DNA of 64,000 nt from Squalus acanthias. Its lineage: Eukaryota. Both the position numbers and the translations under genes were made by a program. The notes below the pieces were generated by a model. It ran no database searches, was not told the DNA's origin, and saw only the letters and a program-made list of their open reading frames with translations. Numbering within the stretch: the stretch's first letter is position 1; the number at the start of each line of letters is the position of its first letter. Positions 34,596-47,772 of this stretch are shown here, one piece after another. Where the stretch lies: NCBI GenBank assembly GCA_030390025.1, contig CM059431.1, positions 100,566,001 through 100,630,000 of the forward strand, given 5' to 3'.

Positions 34596-37500
34596 ACAGT
34601 CAGAGGTCGTGGTTCACATTGGTACCAACGACATGGGTAGAAAGAGGGATGAGGTCCTGCAACAAGAATTTAGGGAGCTAGGTAGCAGATTAAAAAGCAG
34701 GACCTCAAAGGTTGTAATCTCTGGATTACCTCCGGTGCCACGTGCTAGTGAGTATAGGAATAGGAGGATAGAGCAGATGAATGCGTGGCTAAAGAGTTGG
34801 TGCAGGAGGGAGGGCTTTAGTTTCCTGGATCACTGGGTCTGCTTCTGGGGAAGGTGGGACCTGTACAAGTCGGACGGGTTGCACCTGAACCGGAACAGGA
34901 CCAACATCCTTGCAGGGAGGTTTGCTAGTACTGTTGGGGGGGGGGTTTAAACTAACTTGGCAGGGGGATGGGATACGGAGTGGAGCTATAGTAGGGGGTG
35001 ATGCACAGCCAAATATAGAGGAAAAAACAAGTCAGCCTGGAAGGCAGAGCAAATATGTAACGGCACAAGGGAGTATGGCAAGGCTGGATGGCATTTATTT
35101 TAATGCAAGGAGTCTTGCGAGTAAGGCAGATGAATTGAAGGTGTTGATGAACACATGGGAGTATGATATTGTTGCTATCACAGAGACATGGTTGAGGGAG
35201 GGGCAGGACTGGCAGCTCAATATTCCGGGGTCTAGAATCTTCAGGCGAGACAGAGGGGGGTGTAAAAGAGGAGGGGGTGTCGCAATATTAATCAAGGAGT
35301 CAATTACTGCTGTAAGGAGGGATGATATCTTAGCAGGTTCCTCTAATGAGGCCATATGGGTAGAACTTAAAAACAAAAAGGGGGCAAGCACTTTGCTGGA
35401 AGTGTACTATAGGCCCCCAAACAGTCAGGGGGAGATAGAGGAACAGATATGTAGGAAAATCTCAGAGAAGTGTAGAAATAATAGGGTAATAATAGTAGGG
35501 GATTTCAACTTCCCCAATATTAACTGGGATAGTCAGAGTGTGAAAGGCTTAGAGGGTGCGGAATTCTTAAAGTGCATCCAGGAGAGCTTTTTGAGCCAGC
35601 ATGTAGAAAGTCCTACAAGAGAGGGGGCAGTACTGGACCTAATTCTAGGGAATGTAGCCAGGCAAGTGGTCGAAGTGTCAGTAGGAGAGCATTTTGGTGA
35701 CAGTGACCATAATTCGGTGAGATTTAAGGTAGTCATGGAAAAGGACAAAGATGGACCCGAAATAAAGGTTCTAAATTGGGGGAAGGCCGATTTTAATATG
35801 ATAAGGCAGGATCTGGCCAAAGTGGACTGGGATCAGCTACTTGTAGGAAAATCCACATCAGAGCAGTGGGAGTCTTTCAGAAAGGAAATAGAGAGAGTAC
35901 AACTCCAACATGTTCCCGTAAAGGTGAAGGGTGGGACCAACAAGTCCAGGGAACCCTGGATGTCAAGGTATATACGAGAATGGATTAGGAAAAAAAGGGA
36001 GGCTTTTGGCAGATACAAAGGACTAAAAACAGTGGAAGCCCTAGAAGAGTAGAGAAAGTGCAGGGGGGTACTTAAAAAAGAAATTAGGAGAGCGAAGAGG
36101 GGGCATGAAAAAACACTGGCGGGCAAAATAAAGGAAAATCCCAAGGTGTTTTATAAGTATATTAAGGGCAAGAGGATAACCAGGGAAAGAGTAGGGCCCA
36201 TTAGGGACCAAAGTGGCAATCTGTGTGTAGAGTCGGAAGATGTAGGTGAGGTTTTAAATAAATATTTTGCATCTGTGTTCACTATGGAGAAGGACGATGT
36301 CGGCATAGAAATCAGGCAGGGGGATTGTGATATACTTGAACAAATTAGTATTGAGAGGGAGGAGGTACTAGCGGTTTTAGCAAGCTTAAAAGTGGATAAA
36401 TCCCCAGGCCCAGACGAGATGTATCCCAGGCTGCAGTGTGAGGCAAGGGAGGAGATTGCAGGGGCTCTGACAAAAATTTTCATAACCTCTCTGGCCACAG
36501 GGGAGGTGCCAGAGGACTGGAGAACAGCTAACGTAGTACCATTATTCAAGAAGGGTAGTAGGGAATTACAGGCCAGTGAGCCTAACATCAGTGGTTGGGA
36601 AATTATTGGAAAAAATTCTGAGGGACAGAATTAGTCTCCACTTGGAGAGGCAAGGATTAATCAAGGATAGTCAGCATGGCTTTGTCAGGGGGAGATCATG
36701 TCTAACCAATTTGATTGATTTTTTCGAGGGGGTGACTAGGTGTGTGGATGAGGGTAGTGCAGTTGATGTAGTCTACATGGACTTCAGTAAGGCTTTTGAC
36801 AAAGTCCCACATGGGAGACTGGTCAAGAAGGCAAGAGCCCATGGGATCCAGGGCAATTTGGCACATTGGATCCAAAATTGGCTTAGTGGCAGGAGGCAGA
36901 GGGTGATGGTCGAAGGTTGTTTTTGTGACTGGAAGCCTGTGTCCAGTGGTGTACTGCAGGGATCGGTGCTGGGTCCTTTGCTGTTTGTAGTGTACATTAA
37001 TGATTTAGATATGAATGTAGGAGGTATGATCAGTAAGTTCACAGATGACACGAAAATTGGTGGAGTGGTAAATAGCGAGGAGGGAAGCCTCAGGCTACAG
37101 GACGATATAGATGGGTTGGTTAGATGGGCAGAACAGTGGCAAATGGAATTTAACCCTGAAAAGTGTGAGGTGATGCATTTTGGGAGGACTAACAAGGCAA
37201 GGGAATACACAATGAATAGTAGGACCCTAGGAAGGACAGAGGATCAGAGGGACCTTGGTGTGCATGTACATAGATCCCTGAAGGCAGCAGGACAGGTAGA
37301 TAAAGTGGTTAAAAAGGCATATGGGATACTTGCCTTCATTAGCCGAGGCATAGAATATAAGAGTAGGGAGGTTATGATGGAGCTGTACAAAACGCTAGTT
37401 AGGCCACAGCTGGAATACTGTGTGCAGTTCTGGTCGCCACACTATAGGAAGGATGTGATTGCATTGGAGAGGGTGCAGAGGAGATTCACCAGGATGTTAC

Positions 37501-37890
37501 CTGGGCTGCAGCGCTTCAGCTATGAAGAGACACTGGACAGGCTGGGGTTGTTTTCCTTAGAGCAGAGAAGGCTGAGGGGGGACCTGATTGAGGTGTACAA
37601 AATTATGAGGGGCATAGATAGGGTAGATAGAAAGGAACCTTTCCCCTTAGTAGATGGGTCAATAACCAGGGGGCATAGTTTCAAGGTAAGGGGCAGGAGG
37701 TTTAGAGGGGATTTGAGGAAAAACTTTTTCACCCAGAGGGTGGTTGGAATCTGGAACTCACTGCCTGAAAGGGTGGAAGAGGCAGGAACCCTCACAATAT
37801 TCAAGAAGCATTTAGATGAGCACTTGAAACGCCATAGCATACAAGGCTACGGACCAAGTGCTGGAAAATGGGATTAGAATAGACAGGGCT
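34596..37890 (+). mobile_element. Near full-length CR1 LINE (subfamily B, HER1-like): ORF1 SGNH esterase C-terminus plus ORF2 APE-RT, inactivated
   Basis: ORF1 has HIGTND...DGLHLN (SGNH blocks III and V). ORF2 has the endonuclease motifs YFNARS, ITETW, GDFN, LDL, SDH and the RT motifs DFSKAFD, QGSVLGP, KFTDD. It is disrupted by a stop at 36050-36052 and a frameshift near 36560. The 3' tail is missing. Confidence 0.93.
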
Positions 37891-38109
37891 TGTGACTGTA
37901 TAAAATACCATAGTTAGTTATTTTGGATTCCACAAATCATGCTCAATGTCATCAAAGAGCAAGGCTCTGATGGACATAATGCTGATCAAAAAACAGCTGC
38001 ACAGTAACACTCAAAATCCTTAGTCTGAACATTAGATTATTCCTTTTTCAAATGAACTTCTCACGATACGATGAATTGCATTTATTCTTGAACCAACATA
38101 AAATAATGC

Positions 38110-38292
38110 CAAAAGCAAAATACTGCAAATGCTGGAAATCCGAAATAAAAACAGGAAATGCTGGAAACACTCGGCAGGTCAGGCAGCATCTGTGTTGTGA
38201 TGAAAGGTCATCGACCTGAAACATTCACTCCTGTTTCACTCTCTCCACAGGAGCCGCCTGACCCGCTGAGTGTTTTCCAGCACTGTCTGTTT
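38110..38292. mobile_element. Mini Penelope element made of two inverted tail pieces
   Basis: A minus-strand tail piece (38110-38194) is followed by a plus-strand tail with a degenerate hammerhead (GTGATGA...GAAACATT). 12-bp TSD ATAAAATAATGC at 38098-38109 and 38293-38304. Confidence 0.75.
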
Positions 38293-38409
38293 ATAAAATA
38301 ATGCTACTTGGAAACTGCAAGTAGACCTCTGGAACACTTTTATAAGAATCTATCAAAATACGCTCAATATTGAAGATAGGTAATAAAATCAGGAAATTAT
38401 GATGTAAAA

Positions 38410-38652
38410 AGAAAGAATGAATTGCATTTCTATAGCGCCTTTCACAACTTCAGGATGTCCCAGAGCGCTGTACAGCCAGTGTAGTCACCACCGTAATGTA
38501 GGGAATGCAGCAGCCAATTTGCGTACAGCAACGTGATAATGACCAGATAGTCTGTTTTAGTGATGTTGATTGAGGGATAAATATTGGCTAGGACACTGGG
38601 GAGAACTCCCCCTGCTCTTCTTCAAAATAGTGGCCGTGGGACTTTTTGCGTC

Positions 38653-38696
<44 letters not shown>

Positions 38697-38802
38697 CGAG
38701 CAGACGGGGGCCTTGGTTTAATGACTCATTCGAAAGACGGCACCTCAGCAGTGCAGCACTCCCTCAGCACTGCACTGGGAGTGTCAGCCTAGATTTTTGT
38801 GC
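38410..38802 (-). mobile_element. DeuSINE containing an expanded (GA)n microsatellite (about 38656-38700)
   Basis: Collinear with 16910-17300. The GAGAGAG present in other copies is expanded here to about 20 GA units. Confidence 0.82.
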
Positions 38803-38864
38803 TAAGGGTGCTGGTGAAATTCCAGCATCAGACTTTTTCTTTAAATTATTTTTCTAACATGTAA

Positions 38865-39360
38865 TAATTACATAGATTTCACAGCACAGATACAGGCCAT
38901 TCGGCCCAACTGGTGTTTATGCTCCACACGAGCCTCCTCTCACCCTACTTCATCTCACCCTATCAGAATATCCCTCTATTCCTTTCTCCATCATGTACCT
39001 TCCCTTTCACTGCATCTTTGCTATTCGCCTCAACCACTCCCTGTGGTAGCGGGTTCCACATTCTCACCATTCTCTGGGTAAAGAAGTTTCTCCTAAATCC
39101 TCTACTGGATTTATTAGTGACTGTCTTATATTGATGGTACCCAGTTTTGGACTCCCCACAAGTGGTAACGGCTTCACTAAGTCTACCCTATCAAACCCCT
39201 TCATAGTTTTAAAGACATCTATCAGGTCACTCCTCTAGAAAAGAGCCCGAGCCTGTATCATCCTTGTGAATCTTTCCTGCACCTTCTCCAGTGCCTCTCT
39301 ATCCTTTTTGTAATATAGAGACCAGAACTGAGCTAACCAAGGTTCTATATAAGTTTAACT
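38865..39360 (-). mobile_element. CR1 subfamily C 3' fragment (degenerate)
   Basis: Collinear with 59455-60020, with internal deletions. Confidence 0.78.
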
Positions 39361-39539
39361 TATAATAATTAAAGCAAAATGCAGTTTGATTAGTAAATCA
39401 ACATTTTATATTAATAAAACAGAGTCAATGATGCCATGGTGATGCAAAACAGCAAGTCATCCATTGAATTTGTTTTATTAACGTAAGTGAGTGCACGATA
39501 CCATGATGTGGTGGGATACTGACTCATGCCGAAAATCGT

Positions 39540-39860
39540 CCCACATTAAACATTCACTGCCACCAATGTGTCCTATCCACAGGCTGCACTGCAGCAACTC
39601 GCCAAGGCTTCTTCGGCAGCACCTCCCAAACCTGCGACCTCCACCACCTAGAAGGACAGGGGCAGCAAGTGCATGGAAACACCACCACCTCCAAGTTCCC
39701 CTCCAAGTCACACACCATCCTTCATTGTCGCTGGGTCAGAATCCTGGAACTCCCTCCCTAACAGCACTGCGGGAGCACCTTCACCGCACGTTCAAGGCGG
39801 CAGCTCACCACCACTTTCTCAAGGGCAATTGGGGATGGCCCACATCTCGCGAATGAATTT
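39540..39860 (+). mobile_element. LINE family E 3' fragment
   Basis: Collinear with 4615-5010. Confidence 0.78.
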
Positions 39861-40194
39861 TTTTAAAAACTTGCTTATTTAGCTAACCTATTCCTGCTGT
39901 CATGCGGTAAACCTCACGCAGCAGCCAAACAGTTCCCACGGGTTGGGATAGAAATTTGTTGGTTAGGTGGTGGGGTGGAGGGGAAGAGAGAAAGTCATGC
40001 TCGGGTTATTCTTGTACATCTCCCAGTAGCCAAAGCGTTGACAAAGGCTTCGTCACTCGTTGGCCCCCCAACCTCTTGATGAGGGTAGGTGTGAGGCGCA
40101 AGTAGAAAAATGGAGTAAGTGTCATAAATAAATAACAACTTAACATTTTAAATAACATTTTACATGGCCTCCCACCTACAACCCTCCATAAACT

Positions 40195-40686
40195 TGAGCT
40201 CATCCAAAACTCTGCAGCCCATTATTCTAACTCACACCAAGTTCCATTCACCCATCACCCCTGTGCTCGTTGAACTACATTGGCTCCCGGTCCAGCAATG
40301 CCTCGATTTTAAAGTCCTCATCCTTGTGTTCAAAACCCTCCCTATCTCTGTAACCTCCTCCGACCCTGCAACTCTTTAAGATCTCTGCACTCCTCCAATT
40401 CTGGCCTCGTGCCTACCCACGATTTCCTTCCCTGCACCATTGGCGGCCGTGCCTTCAGCTGCCTGGGCCCTAAGCTCTGGACTTCCCTCCCTAAACCTCT
40501 TCGCCTCTCTCCTTCTTTAAGTCCTTCCTTAAAACCTACCTCTTTGACCAAGCTTTTGGTCACCTGTCCCTAATGTCTCCTTATGTTTCAATTTTCTTTG
40601 TCTGATAACTCTCCTGTGAAACGCCTTGGGATGTTTTACTACGTTAATGGTGCTATATAAATGCAAGTTGTTGCTGTTACTGTTGT
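40195..40686 (+). mobile_element. L2 3' fragment
   Basis: SPITPVLVELHWLPV..DFK.LIL peptide and (TTG)n-like tail. Confidence 0.83.
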
Positions 40687-41499
40687 TCTAAAGAGATGGC
40701 TGCTGGGTTACAAATTTTTGTTATTGTCCTTTTATAATTGTTTTCAACTTGAAATTAAATGGCCAGATCTTTGCCAGTCTTTCTTTTCTGGTTTTAGAAA
40801 TGTTATCAATCTGTGAGGTTTCTGTGTAAATTTGACCCACTTGCCCTGGGGCACTGTGAACCTAATAGATTTTTTTTTAATTAAAACTGGTTTCGATTCT
40901 CATAACCATGTAAAGAAAATGATCTATTTAAATAAGCAATGATCGGAGATGGATGACACCAGCACTGAAGCAAAGAGGAGGCTTAAAGTTTCAACATAGT
41001 CTCAAGACGAAGGCGGACCCCTGAAGTTAGGTCATTAAAGGTCACCCGCAACACAAGAGAGATTAGGCAGTTTAGGAATTAAATGAAATGAGAAGTCTGA
41101 CATGTCGCTAAACGCAGGAAATGAAGTCTTGATTACAGAGAGAAAACGCCGTTACGCTGTTTCCCTGGTGATTGACGAGAAAAAGTGATTACGGGCTGAA
41201 AGGCTGCATGATATGAAATTAAAATGTTTCATATCGAACAATTCAAAATGAATAGGAAAGGGTTAGAGGACATAAGGGAGAAATCAATTCGGCGATGCAA
41301 GTGGTGAATGGAAATAAAGTATGAATAGGCTTTGCCAGTGGGGTGCAACAGCTGCCAAATGTCCTGGAGCCAAAAAAAAATTACAATAATACTGATGCAG
41401 TGTGGAAGAGCTTTCAAAATCATTCCAGGGATCACAGGAAGAGTCATCTCAGAAAGATTCCAAATCAGCATTTAGCTTGGCATTGATAAAAGAACTGGA

Positions 41500-41870
41500 C
41501 ATGGAATCGCACAGCACAGAAGGAGACCATTCGGCCCATCATGCCTCTTTGAAGGAGCTCTCCAATTAATCCCACTCCCCCATGGTCTTTCCTCATTGCC
41601 CTGCAAATGTTTTCCTTTTCAAGTATTATTCCAGTTCCCTTTTGGAAAGTTACTATTGAATCTGCTTCCACCGCCCTTTCAGGCAGCGCATTCCAGATCA
41701 CAACAACTCGCTCCATCAAGAAAATTCTCCTCATCTCCCCTCTGGTTCTTTTGCCAATTATCTTAAATCTGTGTCCTCTGGTTTCCGACCCTTCTGCCAG
41801 TGGAAACAGTTTCTTCCTATCTACTCTATCAAAACCCTTCATAATTTTGAACACCTCGATTAAATCTCCG
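41500..41870 (-). mobile_element. CR1 subfamily D 3' fragment
   Basis: GDLIEVFKIMKGFDRVD...IWNALPERAVEA in ORF 41465..41962. Confidence 0.83.
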
Positions 41871-41974
41871 TATGGTAAACAAGGATAGGAAGAAGAACTA
41901 ACTGGATGACAGTATGAGCTTGAATGAAACCGTCTCCCGCCCCAACACCTGGCCAGACTCACTACTTGGTCAAG

Positions 41975-44900
41975 GGGTGGGATGGAAGGCAGGAGTGATT
42001 AAATGACAAAAGGGAGGATGGGACAAGAAAAGAAACAAAAGATGGATCCAGAGGAGCTTCTATCACCCCCAACACCCACCGCACCTTCCCATGCAAGCGC
42101 AGGAGATGCAACACCTGCCGTTTTACCTCCTCTCTTCCCACCGTCCAGGGCCCCAAACACCCCTTCCAGGTGAAACAGCGATTTACTTGTACTTCTTTCA
42201 ATTTAGTATACTGTATTTGCTGCTCACGATGCGGTCTCCTTTACATTGGGGCGACCAAATGCAGATTGGGTGACCGCTTTGCAGAACACCTCCATTCACC
42301 TAGTTTTAGGGAATGAAGCTGGGCAGGTGGAAAGGGTATCAGTGGGAGAGCATATTGGTGGTAGTGATCATAATTCAGTTAGATTTAGGGTGGTTATGGA
42401 AAAGGACAAGGATAGACCAGGAATAAAAGTTCTCAATTGGGGAAAAGCTAATTTTACTAAACTGAGATGTGATTTAGCTAAAGTGGACTGGAGACAGAAA
42501 CTTGAAGGTAAATCAGTGTCAGAGCAGTGGGAGGCATTCAAGGAGTAGATAGTGAGGGTTCAGAGCAAATATGTTCCCTTAAAGAAAAAGGGTGGGACTC
42601 CCAAATCTCGAGCTCCCTGGATGTCAAGGGGCTTACAGGGTAGGATAAAGAAAAAAAGGGAAGCTTATGACAGATACCTAGGGATCAATATTGCAGAAAC
42701 CCCAGAGGACTATAGAAAGTGCAGGGGTGAAATTAAAAAGGAAATTAGGAAAGCAAGTAGAGGGCATGAAAAAATATTGGCAAGTAAAAGCAAGGAAAAC
42801 CCAAACATGTTTTATAAATACATTAAGAGCAAGAGGATAACTAGAGTAAGAGTAGGGCCTATTAGGGACCATAAAGGTAACCTGTGTGTGGAGGTGGAAG
42901 ACATGGGTATGGACCTTAATGAATACTTTGCGTCTGTTTTCACAAAAGAGAGGGACGATGCAGACATTGCAATCAGGGAGGAGGAGTGTGAAATATTAGA
43001 TGAAATAAACATAGTGAAAGAGGAAGTATTATGTGGTTTAGCATCTTTGAAAGTAGATAAATCCCCAGGCCCGGATGAAATGTATCCCAGACTGTTAAGA
43101 GAAGTAAGAAAGGCAATAGCAGAGGCTCTGACCATCATTTTTCAATCCTCTCTGGCTACAGGTGTGGTACTGGAGGACTGCTAACGTGGTACCGCTGTTA
43201 AAAAAGGGAGAAAGGGATAGATCGAGTAATTACAGACCAGTCAGCCTAACCTCGGTGGTGGGAAAATTATTGGAAAAAATTCTGAGGGACAGGATAAATG
43301 TTCATTTAGAAGGACACGGATTAATCAGGGACAGTCAGCATGGATTTGTTAAGGGAAGGTCGTGTCTGACTAACTTGATTGAATTTTTTGAGGAGGTAAC
43401 AAGGAGGGTCGATGTGCGTTTGATGTAGTCTATATGGATTTTAGCAAGGCGTTTCATATGGTCCCACATGGCAGACTGGTCACGAAAGTAAAAGCCCATG
43501 GGATCCAAGGCAAAGTGGCAAGCTGGATCCAAGATTGGCTCAGAGGCAGGAAACAAAGGGTAATGGTCCAAGGGTGTTTTTGTGACTGGAAGGCTGTTTC
43601 CAGTGGGGTTCCGCAGGGCTCAGTACTGGGTCCTTTGCTTTATGTGGTATATATCAATGATTTGGACTTGAACGTAGGAAGTATGATTAAGAAGTTTGCA
43701 GATGATACAAAAATTGGCCGTGTGGTTGATAATGAAGAAGAAAGCTGCAGACTACAGGAAGATATCAATGGACTGGTCAGGTGGGCAGAACAGTGGCAAA
43801 CGGAATTCAATCCGGAGAAGAGTGAGGTAATGCATTTGGGGAGGGCTAACAAGGCAAGGGAATATACAATAAATGGTAGGACACTGAGAAGTGCAGAGGA
43901 TCAGAGGGACCTTGGAGTGCATGTCCACAAATCCCTGAAGGTAGCAGGACAGGTAGATAAGGTGGTTAAGAAGGCATACGGGATACTTGCCTTTATTAGC
44001 CGAGGCATAGAATATAAGAGCAGGGAGGTTATGCTTGAACTATATTAAACACTAGTTAGGCCACAGCTAGAATACTGCGTGCAGTTCTAGTCACCACATT
44101 ACAGGAAGGATGTGATTGCACTAGAGGGGGTGCAGAGGAGATTTATGAGGATGTTGCCTGGGCTGGGGAATTTTAGCGATGAGGAAAGATTGGATAGGCT
44201 GGGGTTGTTTCCTTTGGAACAGAGGAGGCTGAGGAAAGATCTAATTGAAGAGGTGTATAAACTTATGAGAGGCCTAGATAGAGTAGATAGGAAGGACCTA
44301 TTTCCCTTAGCAGAAGGGTCAATAGCCAGGGGGCATAGATTTAAAGTAATTGGTAGAAGACTTAGAGGGGATTTGAGGAGAAATCTTATCACCCAGAGGT
44401 GGTGGGGGTCTGGAACTCACTGCCTGAAAAGGTGGTAGAGGCAAAAACCCTTATCGCACTTAAAAAGTACTTGGATATGCACTTGAAGTGCTGTAACCAA
44501 CAGGGCTACGGACCAAGTGCTGGAAAGTGGGATTAGGTGGATAGCTCTTTGTCAGCTGGCATGGACAAGATGGGCCGAATGGCCTCCTACTGTGCTGTAT
44601 ATTTCTATGATTCAGTCCGCAAGCGTGAGCGTGAGGTTCTGGTCGCTTGTCATTTTAATTCTCCGTCCCACTCTGTCCTCGGCCTCCTACACTGCTCTAA
44701 TGAAGTTCAACGGAAGCTCGAGGAACAGCACCTCATCTTTTGATTAGGCACTTTACAGCCTTCGAGACTCAACATTGAGTTCAATAATTTCAGATCATAA
44801 CCACTGCTCCCAATTTCACGGGCCACAGTTGCTAGTAATGATTCTGCTGTTGTCATTTACACCTCCTCTAGACCCAGCTTTTGTTTCTTTACTTGTCCCA

Positions 44901-45190
44901 TTCCCGCCCCCTTTTGCCTCGCACCATCATCCCTTTTGTCATTTACTCTCTCCTGCCTTCCACCCTATCACAGACCTTCTCTTTTGTTCTTTCCTTCCCT
45001 CCCCGCTTTCCCTGCCTCTGTACTTGCTTAAAACCTGTTATCTCTCTAACTTTTTCCAGTTCTGACGAAAGGTTATCGACCTGAAACGTTAACTCTGTTT
45101 CTCTCTCCTCAGATGCTGGCTGACCTGCTGAGTTTTTCCAGTATTTTCTGTTTTTATTTCAGAATTCTAGCACCCGCAGTATTTTGCTTT
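41975..45190 (+). mobile_element. Penelope fragment (inverted 5' tail piece, GIY-YIG, pLTR tail with hammerhead at 45058-45094) split by a CR1-B
   Basis: CKRRRCNTC...LVYCICCSRCGLLYIG...RFAEH at 42090-42298 resumes as SVRK..VACHFN..EEQHLIF at 44612-44743. The tail reads AGTT-CTGACGA-A-AGGTT atc GACCT-GAAA-CG-TT-AACT. Confidence 0.87.
42299..44609 (+). mobile_element. CR1 LINE (subfamily B) ORF2 remnant from APE end to tail
   Basis: [36 protein letters not shown], with several stops and frameshifts. ATTCA is duplicated at 42294-42298 and 44610-44614. Confidence 0.92.
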
Positions 45191-45461
45191 AGTAACATTG
45201 AGAAAATAGTCAGCAGAGATTTCTAAAAGGAACGTCATGTTTAAACAACCTTACTGAATTCTTTGAAGAAGCAACAGAAAGAGTAGATAAGGGCAAAGCA
45301 GTGGATGTGTTATACAGGGGCTTTCAGAAGATTTTATCCAATGTCCGTGCTATATTCTGATGCTCATCTATGATTTCCTTTATGTAACCACAAAGGTTCA
45401 GTTGTGCAGATAATAGAAAGTTATATGAATTCAATATTCTTAATTTTTGCTTTATTTTACT

Positions 45462-47050
45462 GAAGAAGAGGAGGAGATAAGTGGAGAGTTGAGGCGAGAC
45501 AAGGAGAGGAGAGGGGAGTGGAGGGAGAGGAGGGGAGAGAGGAGTGGGGAGGAGAGGAGAGGAGAAGGGAGAAGTGGAGAGGAGCAGGGAGAGGGGAGGG
45601 GAGTGGGGATTTATGAAAGGGAAATCCTGTTTGACAAACCTATTGGAGTGCTTTGAGGATGTAACTAGTGGAGTAGACAAAGGGGAACCGGTAGATGCGG
45701 TGTATTTGGATTTTCAGAAGGCCTTCGATAAGGTCCCACACAAGAAGTCGGTGAACAAAATTAGGGCACATGGAATTGGAGGTAATATACTAGCATGGAT
45801 TGAGAATTGGTTAACAGACAGAAAACAAAGAGTAGGGATAAACGGGTCTTTTTCAGGATGGCAGGCTGTGACTAGTGGGGTACCGCAAGGATCGGTGCTT
45901 GGGCCCCAGCTATTCACAATCTATATCAATGATTTGGATGAGGGGACTAAATGTAACATTTCCAAATTTGCTGATGACACAAAGCTAGGTGGCAGTGTCA
46001 GTTGCGAAGAGGCTTCAAGGGGATCTCGACAGGCTCAGTGAGTGGGCGAGAACATGGCAGATGGAATATAATGTGGATAAATGTGAAGTAATCCACTTTG
46101 GTAGAAAAAACAGAAAGGCAGAGTATTTCCTAAATGGTGAAAGATTGGGGAATGCAGATGCTCAAAGGGACCTGGGTGTCCTTGTACACGAGTCACTGAA
46201 AGTGAATGTGCATTAAGCCATTAGGAAGGCAAATGGTATGCTGGCCTTCATTACAAGAGGATTTGAGTACAGGAGTAAAGAAGTCTTACTCCAATTATAT
46301 AGGCCTTGGTGAGACCACACCTGGAGTACTTCCTAAGGAAGGATATACTTGCCATAGAGGGTGTGCAACGAAGGTTCACGAGATTGATTCCTGGGATGGC
46401 AGGACTGTCGTATGAGAAGAGATTGAGTAAACTAGGCCTGTATTCTCTTGAATTCAGAAGAATGAGAGGGGATCTCATTGAAGCATACAAAATCATTACA
46501 GGGCTTGATAGGGTGGATGCTGGGAGAATGTTTCCCTTGGCTGGGGAGTCTAGAACCAGGAGCCACAGCCTCAGGATAAAGGGTAGTCCATTCAGGACTG
46601 AGATGAGAAGAAATTTCCACACAGAGGGTGGTGAATCTTTGGAATTCTCTACCCCAGAGGGCTGTGGAGGCTCAGTCATTGGGTATATTCAAAACAGAAG
46701 TCGATAGATTTGTGACGAGTAAGGGCATCAAGGGATATGGCGATAGGGCCGGTGAATGGAGTTGAGGCAGAAGATCAGTCATGATCTCATTGAATGGCGG
46801 AGCAGGCTCGAAGGGCTGAATGGCCTACTCCTGCTCCTATTTCTTATGTTCTTAGGAGTGGGGAGAGGAGAAGAGGGGAGGGGAGGGATGTGGGGAGTGG
46901 GGAGGGGAGGGGAGAGAGCGAGAGCAGAGGGGGGAGGAGTGGAGCGGGGAGGGGAGCGAAGGGGAGGGGATGAGAGGAAAGGAGAGAGGGGAGCGTAATG
47001 GAGGGGAGGAGAGGAGAGGCGGGAACGAGCAGAGGAGGAAAGGGGGGACA
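45462..47050. repeat. Purine-rich (GGAGA-like) low-complexity tract split by a CR1-A insertion
   Basis: G/A-rich runs at 45462-45609 and 46855-47050. Confidence 0.8.
45610..46854 (+). mobile_element. CR1 LINE (subfamily A) RT fragment
   Basis: ORFs 45544..46041, 45989..46216 and 46306..46707. 10-bp TSD GGAGTGGGGA at 45600-45609 and 46855-46864. Confidence 0.92.
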
Positions 47051-47404
47051 CAAAAACTCATAAATTGCACTCCTGCTACAATGGCCTTGTGGACTCAACA
47101 ACTTCTGCCGTCACTAATACTTTTGACTCAGCAAGTGCAGAAAATAAAGGAAGGATGGTTTAATATCCCATAACAACCTTGGGGAGAGGGGGTGCAATTT
47201 CTGACCCGTCTGTTTCTTGGGACACTGCTGAGAACTTGTTTGAAACTCATTTAAGGATTATTCAAAGCTCAAGAAGGATGTGGGAAAGCAAGTAACATGG
47301 GAGGCTTCAAGGCAAAAACTGATGCTTAAAAATGTCTTTATAACATTAAGAACATATTATTCAGTGAACTTTACTAGTATTAGGAAGATAAATTTAAATG
47401 CTGT

Positions 47405-47772
47405 GATTTCATTGAAACATACAAGATTCTGAGGGGGATTGACAGGGTAGATGCTGAGAGGCTGTTTCCCCCTGGCTGGAGAGTCTAGAACTCGGAGTCG
47501 GCCATTTAAGACTGAGATGAGGAGGAATTTCTTCACTCAGAGGGTGGTGAATCTTTGGAATTCTCTGCCCCAGAGGGCTATGGAGGCTCAGTCGTTGAGT
47601 GTATTCAAGGCTCAGATCGATAGATTTTTGGACTCTGGGGGAATCAAGGGGTACGGGGATAGTGCAGGAAAGTGGAGATGAGGTCGATGATCAGTCATGA
47701 TCTTACTGAATGGCGGAGCAGGCTCGAGGGGCCGAATGGCCGACTCCTGCTCCTAATTCTTATGTTCTTATG
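47405..47772 (+). mobile_element. CR1-A 3' fragment
   Basis: TEMRRNFFTQRVVNLWNSLPQRA peptide and TTCTTATG tail. Confidence 0.85.
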
